From positions 70,308,001 through 70,372,000 of the forward strand of contig NC_043009.1 of assembly GCF_006345805.1 (NCBI RefSeq): a DNA stretch of 64,000 nucleotides, given 5' to 3'. Numbering within the stretch: position 1 is the first letter of the stretch; each line of letters opens with the position of its first letter. Made by a program: the position numbers and the translations under genes. Below the pieces are notes generated by a model that was not told where the DNA came from, searched no databases, and worked only from the letters and a program-made list of their open reading frames with translations. Below, one piece after another: positions 1-12,333 of this stretch. The stretch is from Octopus sinensis (lineage: Eukaryota).

Positions 1-261
1 ACTCATTTAATACAAGTGATTCTAGCTTTTCATTCGCATCTGCGAAACCGTTCCACTGTTTTCTGCTTTTATTGTATTAATGGTTGTGCTGATGGTAGCT
101 TTGTTATGGTTGCTAGTATTGGGGGACAGGTCTCATTATTCACATTTTCAGGCTTATTACTTCAGTTATTGTCCTTGCTTCTGCTAGTTTATACCATGCT
201 GTGGAGTGGGTTGATAGCCTTGATTTCACATCCAGCATTTATGATTTTGTGGTTGCCTTTT

Positions 262-395
262 TATATTATTATTATTATTATTACTTTTTTTTTCTTCTTT
301 CAAATTTGCTTCCATTTCTTGCCGAGTGTCTTCCCGACTCCTAGGGCAAAGAAACTCATAGTGTACATTGGTAGGCCATTAAACCATATTATTAT
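262..395 (-). mobile_element. 3' UTR fragment of an R4/Dong-type LINE ending in a (TAA)n tail
   Basis: Reverse complement reads ...aatgtacactatgagtttctttgccctaggagtcgggaagacactcggcaag...aaagtaataataat. It is homologous to 20690-20750, which follows an RLE-LINE coding remnant. Confidence 0.6.
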
Positions 396-429
396 TATTA
401 TTATTATTAATATTATTATTATTATTATT

Positions 430-470
<41 letters not shown>

Positions 471-480
471 TATGATTATA

Positions 481-556
<76 letters not shown>

Positions 557-558
557 TA
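388..558. repeat. Compound (ATT)n/(ATC)n/(AAT)n microsatellite
   Basis: Directly visible trinucleotide runs; they explain the poly-Ile tail of ORF 16-486. Confidence 0.95.
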
Positions 559-861
559 TAATTCATCGAATTATATGAATTACTCAACTATCAATTACTC
601 AGCTATATCATTGGCCTTCTGAAAGATAAATTTGGCTTCGGCGGATGTGAACCACGAATAGAGATTATTAAACATTTTTTTTTAGCAATATATTAATGCG
701 TACCAAGGATTTGCGACATATTTTAGAATAATTGAGATATTCAGTGCTGCCGTAGACTATTTGCAGGATTACAATTCATGCGATTTCATCTGATGAGATC
801 TCAGAATTATAATAAATTTCGCTTAAAACCAAATATTATATATAGTTCAAAGTCAGAAGGG

Positions 862-879
862 AAGAGAGAGAGAGAGAGA

Positions 880-942
<63 letters not shown>
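862..942. repeat. (GA)n/(GT)n microsatellite
   Basis: Directly visible. Confidence 0.95.
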
Positions 943-945
<3 letters not shown>

Positions 946-1799
946 CAGAGTGATGGAGAGATGAGAGGAAAGAAAAGCTAACGTTATAAACTTTATGGTG
1001 TATGGAAGAATCGAATGATTAAACGCTTCAATTGTCGCCTACAGTGCACTGATCAATAATTCAGAAAGGAATTTTTAAATAAAGGAATCAGTTTCATATC
1101 TCGTGGTTTTTATAATAGCAGGCCTGTTACTTGCAAAAGTCAATTAAAATGAAGTAATCACTTTTACTAATTATTCTCACCTCCTTCTCTCAATTCATTC
1201 AACAAACAGCGATCAAATTCTACTCGTGTCTCCTCCTATAATACATATTCTGCTTGTTTTGCATAAATCCCACATTGCATAATTCGAATAATGGTTACTT
1301 GTTCAATATTTCTTACGCACCTTCAAAATTCTATAATTCATAGATTACATTCTTCTTACTTCATATTCTACGAATTTCCTCCATGACATTTTTCTCATTT
1401 AAAAGCTTCTTATGCTAATTGCTTCTTAAATTATGAAAATTTCATGTCACATAATTTTTCAAATGCTTAATAGCGCAAATTCAAACTTAATGTTGAAAAA
1501 GAGGAATCAGCTACATGATTAATCAATGAAAGTGAACGAACCAATCAAAAACGCCGTTAGTCAGTCTAAAGAGCTTTCTTCCCAACACCTCTAACACTTC
1601 CACAAAACGTTTCTAGCGAGTCAGACATTTTTCATAATTATATATCTTAGTGATTATCCTAATTAGAATTATATCTCTGATCAATTATTAAATGGTAGAC
1701 GTTATCTGAATGCTAAATGTTACTACATACACCTATTCATAGATACATATGAACGTACATACTTATACACATACATATATATTTACATGAATCAAAAAG

Positions 1800-2063
1800 G
1801 AAAAAAATGACCATAGGTCCTTCCCGAGCCCAAGGCTCCTGAGGACGGTTTCTCGGATTCGGTAGTGTATGTATCTCTCTCCAACCACCGCGCTCCGAAC
1901 GGACGCCCGATCTGCTGTAAGGTTGTTTTTGCCTGCTAAGAGGACTGGAAGATGCGAAATGATGTGTTTTGCTACAGACTCATCGCACTGCCTGGTCTAT
2001 GAATAGAAACTATAATCGTATGTTCATGAATGCAACACCCTACCCACTAAGCCACGCACCTCC
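1800..2063 (-). mobile_element. tRNA-derived SINE, diverged
   Basis: Reverse complement starts ggtgcgtggcttagtgggtagggtgttgc (A-box-like TGGCTTAGTGG). It continues with a core resembling the SINE at 29573 (agcaaaacacatcatttcgc). Confidence 0.55.
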
Positions 2064-2140
2064 CCTATATATGTATGCATGCAAATGTAAATAGATATAC
2101 ATATGCATAAAAATACGTGTTTATTGATATACATGTGTGT

Positions 2141-2183
<43 letters not shown>

Positions 2184-2185
2184 AG

Positions 2186-3435
2186 TATCTTGGCCCATCT
2201 CATAATGCAGTTTCTTCAATTGCATGAACTAAAAGTCGGAAGAGGACAGGATAAACAACCTGCATCAGCTTACTAAAATAACAGGTAACAATTTTACCTT
2301 GTCCTTATTCTTAGTGCAATTTTGAAGAGTGCAGTTCGATTTTAACAGTTATTTTTTCAAAGCTATAATGGAAGTAACTAAGGAGAATATTCAACATATT
2401 TTGCTTTATGAGTTCAATAAAGCCAACAACGCAACGGAAAGTGTGAGGGATATTAATGCTAGTGTCAATGGTGGTTAGAGAAATTCCGAGCCGGAAACTA
2501 CAGCCTAAAAGACGAGCTTCGTTCTGGAAGATCTGTAGAGCTCGACGAGCACGTCCTGAAACCCCTGGTGTCACAAAATCCCGTCGTAACTGTTGAGTAA
2601 CTAGCAGAGAAGAGTAGGTCTAGTAACTCAACCATTCATCGATACCTGCGTGTCATCAAAAAGTCAGCAAATTGGATCAATGTGTTCCACACAAACTTTC
2701 CGTGTCTAATCGAGCGCAGAGAGTGAATGTGTGCTCTTCTTTGCTGCCACGTCTCCCGAATGAACCTTTTTTGGACCGAATAGTGACTGGTGACGAGAAA
2801 TGAGTTCCCTATAAAAATGTCAAGCGCCGAAGACAGTAGGCAGGGAAAGGAGAAACGCTGACACCCTAGGCTAAAGAAGGTCATCACTCATGTAAGGCGT
2901 TATTATCTGTTTGATGGGATATGGAAGGTTTAGTTCACTTTGAACTTTTAAACCCAAACCAAACGATAACAAAGGAGATCTACAGCAAGTAACTTGAGCG
3001 GCTCAAGTCAGCGCTAAAAGGAAAATAACCATCTTTGGTTTCAAGAGGAAAGGTGTTCTTCCATCAGGATAATGCTTGGCCACATACCGCGAGGATGACA
3101 TTCCAAAGGCTGGAGCAGTTTGGATAGGAAATGATGCCCCACCCACCATATTCGCCGGACATTGCCCTATCCGATTTTCATTTATTCAGAAGTCTTCAAA
3201 ATCATTTAGACGGGAAAATATGAATTCTGTAGACAAGGTCAGAACAGAACTGGAGGAGTATTTTTCGTCAGGGACAAGTGAATTTTGGAAGAGGGGCCTT
3301 GCAAGTCTACCAGATAGATGGAAGGGCATTGTAGAAAGTGAAGGAGAGTATTTTTTGGTTAAAAAAGAACTTTGTTTATTTTAATTATGAAAACTCAAAG
3401 TATAAAAACCGCATTATTTATGGGATGATCCTATA
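2186..3435 (+). mobile_element. Near full-length decayed mariner (Tc1/mariner DD34D) DNA transposon
   Basis: Right TIR aaaaccgcattatttatgggatgatccta at about 3405-3433; degenerate left TIR ggcccatctcataatgcagttt at about 2192-2213; TA at both ends. A transposase remnant lies inside. Confidence 0.9.
2368..3384 (+). pseudogene. Mariner transposase pseudogene
   Basis: Pieced translation: MEVTKENIQHILLYEFNKANNATES..., CQWWLEKFRAGNYSLKDELRSGR (HTH), IVTGDEK (D1), FFHQDNA (D2), PHPPYSPDIALSDFHLFRSLQNHL (D3), EFWKRGLASLPDRWKGIVESEGEYF. Many stops and frameshifts. Confidence 0.9.
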
Positions 3436-4439
3436 TACATACATATATACTTACACACACACAGACACACACACACACACACACACACATACATATATAT
3501 ATACTGAAATGTATTTCCATCCTACTTGATGTGAATGCACCTTGAAAGACAAATTTATTGCAGCATCAGCGAGGTGATAATATCTGTAAACGATAGACTG
3601 TATTTCAAAAGACAATATATATATCAGAGGCAGACGAAGTCGTATAAGCAGCGACAAGTGGGAACGCCAGATTCCTTTCTGCCTCGCTGGATATTGTCAA
3701 TAACGTTTACTCACAGACAACCATATGCTTAGACGAAATTTGTCGCCGTCGATAAATAAGAAAACAGTGAATAAATAACCACCTCTAGCGAAAATAACCG
3801 CCCGGTTGAATAAACCTCAGATATATACAATAGATGCAGCATTAGATACAAATAGACATCTATGTGTCGTAGTCAATGTAAATAGATCGTGAAAGGAAAA
3901 TTTACTGAGGTATTCGTCCAGATATATTTTTATAGTAGTGTTATTTAAATACAGAATATATATAAAATGTGAACGAAGATTGTCCAAGCACCGACTAGTG
4001 AGAGCGTCAGACGCATTTCTGCCACTTTGGATGTTGTGAAAATCGTATACTCAATGTCCCTCAATGCTCAAATGAAATTTGTCACCATTGGTGTCTAAGA
4101 AGTGTGAATAATCAATCATTAATGTGGCGAATGGCAGTATAAAAATCTAGCCTTTGCAACTCTAATGATTGTCTAACCAATATCTTCTTTTATATCGGTG
4201 GCAATCACTTTACTCTGTGTATGAAGTGTAACGCAAGTAAACACTTCTGACGATGCTTACCAAGGCAGAAACGTGTCTACAGTTCGCTTTAATAGATGCT
4301 GCAAATGTTTTACTGTGTATCGATTAATTTGTGATTTTAAACACAGCACGTCCATATTGAGTGACATATCCCCGCCCAAATACCGGTGTAAGTTAAATTT
4401 TCACGATTTACTTACATAATACTGCTTCTGTGGCTTGAT

Positions 4440-4441
4440 GT

Positions 4442-4515
<74 letters not shown>

Positions 4516-4645
4516 GCATATATTCTGTGGAAAAGCGTAGGCTCGAAACGTTAAAGACTTCTTCATTTCCCAAGTGTTGAACTAATGCATCTGTTTGTTG
4601 TCTACACCACCTGTCTTCATCTTTTTTATGTGAATTCTCCCCCTG

Positions 4646-4696
<51 letters not shown>
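4440..4696. repeat. Two long (TA)n tracts (about 4440-4515 and 4648-4696) enclosing a short repeat element
   Basis: Directly visible. Confidence 0.95.
4521..4646 (+). mobile_element. Short Penelope-type terminal-repeat fragment with hammerhead-like motif (family B)
   Basis: ttctgtggaaaagcgtaggctcgaaacgttaaagac...acaccacctgtcttc. The same family occurs inverted at 30624-30800 and 43820-44045. Confidence 0.65.
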
Positions 4697-4699
<3 letters not shown>

Positions 4700-5340
4700 C
4701 ACACATTTATACTTATACACATGTGTATATAAGCATGTGCCTGTATGCACATTTAGTTACATAACTATATACTTCTATTTATCTGTCTTTCAATCAATTA
4801 ATCCTTTTATCTATCTGTCTATCGCTCTATCTATGCCAAATCATTTTTAGACACTTTCACGCGCGTACTCACTCACAGAATATATAATCCAATGTCTGTG
4901 ATTGAAAAACACAAACCATTAACTCTTAGCAAGTTTAGCTCAATAATTTCATGAACGCAACCACTCCAGTCACTTGCCACAATGAATCTTCGGAAAAAAT
5001 ATCACTTATCCTTTGATAACAACACAACAATCAGACAAGTGTGTAATTTTCAGAGAAGGCAACTATATAATTAATTTCCCTGGTGACCAATCAGGCTTAA
5101 TTTTCACGAAAAATGTGAAACGTTATGGTTGCATGTACAACAAACAGCCATTAAGTGTTAATAATATTTATTATGCTCATAGTTTAACAACCGTGTCGCT
5201 GGCTTTATCATAAGTCACACTTCAAAACAAATCAAAAGTTAGTTACGTGCCAAATCTTCGGGTTTGTACAAATAGAGAAACACACACGCACACACAAAAT
5301 CACATAATTACATAAATGCGTGTGTGTATATAAACATATA

Positions 5341-5604
5341 CTCACGGTCGTAGGATCGTGGTTTCGATTCCCAGACCGGGCATTGTGAGTGTTTATTGAG
5401 CGAAAACACCTAAAGCTCCACGAGGCTCCGGCAGGGGGTGGGGGTGGCGATCCCTGCTCTACTCCTTCGCCGCAACTTTCTCTCACTCTTTCTTCTGTTG
5501 GTCTGCTCGCTTAGCCAGCGGGGTGGCATCATTTGAAGGCTAAAACAAAGCGAAGCACATTGTGACCAGCGATGTGTAGCAACATCTGATAGCCTGGTCG
5601 GTGA
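5341..5604 (+). mobile_element. tRNA-derived SINE (head partly truncated, tail type 1)
   Basis: B-box ggtttcgattcc, then the shared core gtgtttattgagcgaaaacacctaaagctccacgaggctccggcagg, identical in type to 11932 and 53681. Confidence 0.85.
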
Positions 5605-5655
5605 TATAATTATATATATATCCTATATATTATACTTTTTACTTGTTTCAATCGT

Positions 5656-5758
5656 TATTTTGTAATAACGAATCAGTTACACTTTTATATTATTTGACAT
5701 GTTTTATGACTGCTACAAACATCTTCTTTCCTTCTTTTCTCCCTCTTACTTTCTCTCC

Positions 5759-5796
<38 letters not shown>

Positions 5797-6073
5797 TAGG
5801 CAACATTTAGTGCAATGAGGTCTTTTATGAACACAGATATGGAGTTACTTGTTTCAATCGTGCTGCACGAAGTTTTGTCAGTGAATAGGTCGTGGTCTCA
5901 AAGCGACGAAAATATTTTGACAAATTAAATTTAATGTTGGAGTGAATCTAACGGTTTTTGTGTGTTTCTTAAATGGCTTATAAACACCTTCCACGCTGTA
6001 ATTATATATATTTTATGTATACATGTGTGTGTGTGTGTGTTTGTCTATCTATATGTATGTTTATATGCATGTA

Positions 6074-6113
<40 letters not shown>

Positions 6114-6371
6114 TACATGCATATAAACATATATATATAGATGCATAAACACACACACACATACATACATACATAAAATGCATATAGGCTAACAGACACG
6201 CGCAGAAACATGCGTATACGTGCTCCTTGAAATTTTGACATTTTCGAAACCATAATATCTGACAACTTGTAAAGATAATATTTTGTAATAACGAATCAGT
6301 TACACTTTTATATTATTTGACATGTTTGATGACTGCTACAAGCATCTTCTTTCCTTCTTTTCTCCCTCTTA

Positions 6372-6402
<31 letters not shown>

Positions 6403-6452
6403 AGGCAACATTTAGTGCAATGAGGTCTTTTATGAACACAGATATGGAGTTA
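5656..6452 (+). repeat. Dispersed direct duplication: 5656-5846 and 6279-6452
   Basis: tattttgtaataacgaatcagttacac...(CT)n...gatatggagtt occurs twice with few differences apart from (CT)n length. Confidence 0.95.
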
Positions 6453-7010
6453 GAAACACGTAATTATATTTAGGGAAATTTTATGATATGCTGTATATCA
6501 AATTCTTGTTATCACGCTCCTTCGAACATAATTTTAAGAAACACAAACCATTTGGAATAAATATTTTAATTACAGCTTCGTATAACATTTAGTAATCATT
6601 TAAATGATGATTTAATTTAAAGAAATATAACCGATAATCTACTTGTTCATCTCATATACTGATGAAATTTATAAAGTCAAACATCAAATGTTATCTTTTA
6701 CTTGACATTTTGTTGTCGTTGGGATGCGCAGAAGGAAGAAGATAAGCTCCGTTGGCGTCATTGTGAGTAACTTGCATCTTCTAACAACCATGTGCTCTCC
6801 GAGTTATTAACAATGTAATTAATACGAAGGAGATGTAAACAAGAAATGAAGCCATTTCGGTGAATCAACTATACGAGCATCTTCCCTCCTCTAGAGAATT
6901 TGCTGATAATTATTAACTTCAATCTAAATTTTAATGTTTGTTGTATGAACATAATGTCATAATTTGTGAACATTACATTGTTCATTTGTCCAATAAGATT
7001 TACGCTGTTA

Positions 7011-7041
<31 letters not shown>

Positions 7042-8008
7042 TCATATATATGTAACAAATCAATAGGAGTGTAAATGCTTAATATGTTTACAGGAACTGT
7101 ACATACAAATAAGATCGATTCGCTAAATGTTCTGTTTAAACATTTGCTTATCAATGTATGATGGACACCATATGAAGCAAAAAATTTCCTTTCGTTCTTT
7201 CTTTCTTCCTTTCTCTCTTTCTTTTCTCTCTTTCTTACTCTTCCCCTCACTCTCTTCTATTTCAGAAATTAGGCAAAGGATGTGGATCTGACAACCTTCA
7301 GAGGCAGAGAGGTGGTAACTACCATGGGATGAATCAGCGAGCCTTTGAGCTTTTTTGTAATTGTTGTTGCTGTTTCAGTTAATCTCCAGCTCAAACCCGA
7401 CGAAACAAAGCTCTGATCACAACATCTCACATTTGTTTCAACGTCCTTTTGTGTACGTAACACTACTGCAGCCGCTGCGCTGTTCCTAGCTTACGAAGCT
7501 AAGGTTGTCCTTTAACGGGGTTTCGCTGCTCTTTTTATCATATTTTGCGACCACAAAAAGGCTCTCCCATTGGTTATCGTTTGTCAATTAATGAGAATAG
7601 TCTTAAGTAATCAAGAGAATGTTCGTTATTTAACAAGGTATGGCCGTGGATGTTTACTGCAAAATATTCAATTTTGCAACATCGAAAAGATACCTGGGAT
7701 TGCTGGGCATGCGCATCCTTAGTTTATCACCTCACGAATAACAGCATTGTATTTGATATGACATTAAGCACACTGCTAATATCATTACTCCTTAAAAAAC
7801 TGCAGAAATCTGAAATCCCTTCTTACAAACATTAATGTACAAAAGTTCAAGTTGAACTGCTACTCTCCTTAGTCCCTCAACATTTTCGATGATCGGCGAT
7901 GGACATGTCTTGTGTTTCTTTCCTTCAACCACTTAAAACTTTTTTCTAAAGAATGCAATAATAAAGTATGATTACGTTAAATTATATTATTATAATTTCC
8001 ACACGAGA

Positions 8009-8198
8009 GGGCGTTATCGAGCTGGAAAAAATGCTTAGAGGCGTTTCTTCTGAATTAACGTTCTGAGTTCAATTGCCACCAGAGTCAACTTTGTTTTTCT
8101 TCATTTCGGGGTCAATAAAATAAGTATCTGTCGAACACTGGGGCCGATATAATCAACTTTTCTTCGAAAGTGCTGACTTTCCGTCAAAATTTAAAACC
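8009..8198 (+). mobile_element. SINE of the gagctggcagaa.../cctttcggggtcgataaaataagtacc family, with a small 5' deletion
   Basis: cgttctgagttcaattgccaccagagtcaactttg...tttcggggtcaataaaataagta...aaaatttaaaacc; homologous to 23358, 23961, 38084 and 56160. Confidence 0.8.
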
Positions 8199-8399
8199 AT
8201 TATAATTCCTGTCTGTCTGTCTGTCTCTCTCTTTTTTCCTCTCTCTCTCTCATTATATGTATCTGTAAGTATAAGTGGAGTCAGTCTCTTGCTAGTCTAA
8301 GTTCCACCTGTAGATACAAAAGATCTTTGGGCAAGTCGTGCCCGAAAAATTGATGGGGTTTGTACATTTATATATAGTTTTCTATTCGTAAGGTGGGGT

Positions 8400-9480
8400 G
8401 AAAGTATGATAAAAGTTGGGGACAGGATTGAAGAAAATAAGGAGAAAGAAAAAGGGAAAGAAGAGAAAGGGGAGTGAAAATAAGAATAGGAAAAATATAA
8501 AAATGAAATGGAAATTAAAAGAAATAGAAGAGGGACAGGTGTTTTAAGAATTCAATTACAAGAATTCAGTATGGGAATGGCAGATGATGAACTGTTAGAA
8601 GCAATGAATGGAAATTTTAAAAAATGTAATAAGATGGCAGTTAATGTCGTAGGGGCACTGAAATTAGAAGGATGGGCAACAGAGGGAAGGAGTAAAAATT
8701 AAAAAGATAATACAAAGAAATTTTCGGAATGAATGACGATTGAGAGGGTTGTGAATAATGTGTTGAAAATTAGAACAAAAGAAAATCATAAAGGATTCTG
8801 GTAGTGCTTTGGAGGAATGGTCAGTACTTGAAAATCTGAAGAGATTTTTGTAAATAGAATGAAATAATATAAAATTAAAAGAAAAAAATCAGAAATGATT
8901 GAAGAGAAAATAAAAAAGTAAATGGAAAAATGTGGAAAACAAATAGAAATATTGGTTGGGATATGAATAATATTATGAGGAAAAGATGGAAGAAATTTTG
9001 AAAACATTGGGGGAAAATGATTAATAAAAAATAAATGAAAAAGATGGTAGAAATATGTCGGGGTACTTGAGAAAGTGAAAGTGTTGAAAGAGCACTCGAA
9101 AATTATTAAGATTATGAAATAAACAGGAATAAACAAGAAAATAAGAAAAATAGAAAAAACAGGAAAAAATCAGCACAGTTGGAGGGAGTTAAAGATCAAG
9201 AACTAAAAAGGCCCCTTGAATTTAAAAGGAAACTTGGGTAAAATATAAGTCAAGTAAATAAATTAAGATAGGAGTAAAGAAAGCGAGGAAGATGTGCAGA
9301 AGAAATTAAAGGTTTGAAATTATATAAGGGTACACTATCAGTTGATAGGGTATGGAACACTAGAAACGATACAGATAACCAACAGATATAGGATAAACAT
9401 AAAGGGATTCATGGCAGATATAATTAAACTGTCGAAAGGATTAGGTCCTTGAAGCTGGGCATATTTATGGAAAGTACATA
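8400..9480 (+). pseudogene. Strongly purine-skewed, decayed coding-like tract; possibly an L1/Tx1-type ORF1 remnant
   Basis: About 1 kb of A/G-rich non-repetitive sequence. Open segments such as GVLRIQLQEFSMGMADDELLEAM..VGALKLEGWAT and KKIIKDSGSALEEWSVLENLKRFL sit in shifting frames. The family guess is from memory only. Confidence 0.3.
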
Positions 9481-9869
9481 TGTATTGTTATTAACGAGCA
9501 AATATGAAATTAGGAATAAATAACTATCGATGTTACGTCAAAACGAATGTGATTTTTGAATTTAGTGGCAAAAAAATGCATATATGAGCATTAAAAAATA
9601 CAAATAAACAAAACGTGTGTTACATTGTGTTATAGGCATTTGCTTTAGCAAGAACGCTTTACTTGACGGTTGAACTATTTCTATTATTGTCCTTTATTCC
9701 CGGTATGTACTTGGAAAACCTTGCAAAATTTCCTTTACTACTATTTTGAATCTTACAGAGAGATTGCGCGAAATGGGACATAATAATGTCTTCTAAGCCC
9801 CGTTTATTCGATTTCAATGTGTCACTGAGGTTTCGAACTGACCTTATGTTTACGTTTTCATAAATTAGA

Positions 9870-9998
9870 GGTTCGGCAAAAGAGACCGATAGAAGAAGCA
9901 CTAGGCTTCGAAAGAATAAGTCCTGGGTCAATTTCTTCGACTAAAACCCTATAAGCGGTGCTCCAGCATGGCCGCAGCCTAATGACTGAAACAAATTA
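9870..9998 (+). mobile_element. SINE 3' part (ggtgctccagcatggcc family)
   Basis: ggttcggcaaaagagaccgatagaa...aataagtcctgggtcaatttcttcgactaaa...gcggtgctccagcatggccgcag...atgactgaaaca; matches the reverse complement of 43416-43545. Confidence 0.8.
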
Positions 9999-11129
9999 CA
10001 GAGAAACAGAGTAGACCACCTTTTCGAGAGGCATTTATTAATTAGTGGACATTGAGAGCGGTTTCTACAATAACAATCTCGTTAGGTTGGCTTTAAGCTG
10101 TTTATAGGTGTAGCTCTTTCAATGTGGTTTATATTAACGAGACAGCTTTCGCTAACTTTGACCGTCAACACGCCCTATGACCAGAAAATTATATATGAAT
10201 GTGCAAACCCAATCACTTTTCTTGTCACAACTTGCTTGAAAGTCCTGTGTTCCTACGAGCGAAACGCAGATTAGTAAGACAGACGCGATCAAAATAAAAT
10301 ATCGTGTGTGTGTGTGGGCGCGCGTGTGTGTGCGCATGCGTGCGTAATCGTTCGCTTGCGCACTTAGTATTCACGTAGAGTACACAATCTCACTTATAAT
10401 TTTGGCGCACTGTGAAATCCATGTAGATTTGTGGATACACTCGTTAGCGAAAAACTTCTTACTAACACTGAGTCCCATATTAGCCACCTGGTGGCAGCAG
10501 TAGCTTATCACTGTTTTCGTTTGTGTTGTTGGCTAAACCCCGAAAGCCACTCATGGAAAATAAAGCATCTGAAAGTCCAGTTCAGCATTGAAATCACCTT
10601 TACTAAACTACATGTCATATTAAGACACTCGCTGTGGAGACTCCTGCAGAGGGTGATGGAGCACTGCCTTATCTTCACCTACTGCAAATTCTATCGGATT
10701 GTAGGTCTGCACAACCGTAAACGAAGCATGTCTGTTATTGCTCCATGCCGTGATGATCCGATTATTCTCTGACTTCTGAGCATTAAGTTCTCCCCTGTAT
10801 GACTACATAAGTTGTTGCCAACATCCCGAGCATGATTTACTGGAACAATTAAGTGATGTACGAGTAGAAAAAATAGAGTATAACGTATGGTGCGAAGTGG
10901 AAGTGATTAAAGCCTGGGAAGACAGAGTAATGGTAGCATTATCGAAGAAGAAGAAGAAGCGTTAATCGATTGCAACGGTTGACATGGAATAACACTATGG
11001 CTTGTCCAATTTACAAATATTATCGAGCTAAGTTGTGAGTTTCAGCGGCCTCTTATAATCAGCCTGATAGGTTTCAAAAGGCCGTCGACATCTTGCACAG
11101 GTAGCATCTGTGAAGAACGTCACACAATG

Positions 11130-11330
11130 TGAAGTACCCAGTCGGCTGGTTACCGGTGCGGCATTGCGCCCTGTACAGCAGGAGAGTGAACCCCTATCAT
11201 CCTCTAGCAGACGGTAGGATCGCGAGGCTGAATCAGTTTCGAGCTAGATTGCCCATCCTCAGTCGCGAACACCTGGTCACTAGAGAAATAGCCAAAACCT
11301 GTTCCAGCTTGCAATATATTGTAAACACCA
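11130..11330 (+). pseudogene. Possible decayed LTR-retrotransposon (Ty3/Gypsy) integrase fragment
   Basis: ORF 11129-11347 contains RRVNPYHPLADGRIARLNQ, resembling the integrase core motif TTxYHPQxDGxxERxNx (the catalytic E is replaced by A). Confidence 0.35.
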
Positions 11331-11384
11331 TCGGTGTTGTACGATAAATAGACACACGGACGGACACATACGGCGAGTTTCTTT

Positions 11385-11515
11385 TAGATCCACTCACAAA
11401 GCTTTGGTTTGACCGAGGCTATAGCAGAAGACACTTGCCTCAGGTGCCTTGCAGTGGGACTGAACCCAGAACTATGTGGCTGGGAAGCGAACATCTTTTC
11501 ACACAACAACGCCCG
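11385..11515 (-). mobile_element. SINE fragment (gaagacacttgccc...cagtgggactgaaccc family)
   Basis: Homologous to 43655-43783 in the same orientation, and to 50025-50130 inverted. Confidence 0.85.
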
Positions 11516-11931
11516 ACACTGTATATAATCTGCATGTGTATGCATGTGTGTGTGTGTGTGTGCATGTATGTACGTGTATGTGTACGTGTTTCTATACATA
11601 TAAAAATATCTAGAGTTGAAAAATGTATATTTTTGTCTACTCTAACATTTTAAAGTTTAACAAAACACTATTAAAAGCAACCTGGGCCGCTCTGTTTGCT
11701 CAAACGCTTTGCTATAATGTAGCAAACTTCTCGCAAATTGCACTGTAGTAAAAACTCATCGGGCAAAGTATTCTAAATAAGGCAATACACAAGAGAAGAA
11801 CACAATGGCGTTGGCGAAATTGTCTCTGGTGGTAGACAGCTGCCTCAGTCACAGCTGATTTGGAACAACGCCAACAACAGCAGAAGTTCAAAGAGTAACA
11901 GTAAAAATAGATCAAGAACAGCAACAACAGT

Positions 11932-12333
11932 GGAGGCGCAATGGCCCAGTGGTTAGGGCAGCGGACTCGCGGTCGGGAGATCGCGGTTTCGATTCCCAGA
12001 TCGGGCGTTGTGTGTGTTTATTGAGCGAAAACACCTAAAGCTCCACGAGGCTCCGGCAGGGGGTGGCGGCGACCCCTGTTGTACTTTTTCGCCCCAACTT
12101 TCTCTCACTCTTTCTTCTTGTTTCTTGTCCCCGACTTCCTACGCAACCGCTGAGCCTGGATGCGCATTCATCCATCCGTCGATGGTCTCGGTGTCGGGGG
12201 TTGACCTGCCTTCTCTTCTGCGGGTCTTACGAATAGCAAAGGACCACGTTTCAGACTTCTCCCACTAGAGAGGCGCGATCTTGCGAGCTCTGGGACGAAG
12301 ACTGCTACGCTCAACAAACAAACGAACAAACAT
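11932..12333 (+). mobile_element. Full-length tRNA-derived SINE with a distinct, RTE-like 3' tail ending in (CAAA)n (tail type 2)
   Basis: Head ggaggcgcaatggcccagtggttagggcagcggactcgcggtcgggagatcgcggtttcgattcc has intact A and B boxes, followed by the shared core. The tail ...agcaaaggaccacgtttc...gactgctacgctcaacaaacaaac differs from other copies. The RTE origin of the tail is inferred. Confidence 0.85.

Noticed and set aside
10430-10800. Possible Tc1/mariner end (aagttctcccctgta) and ORF 10431-10772
   Set aside because: No matching second TIR or transposase motif could be identified.
11932-12005. tRNA-like sequence with A and B boxes (also at 29573 and 53681)
   Set aside because: No proper acceptor stem or canonical anticodon loop, and it continues into a multicopy SINE core; a SINE head, not a tRNA gene.
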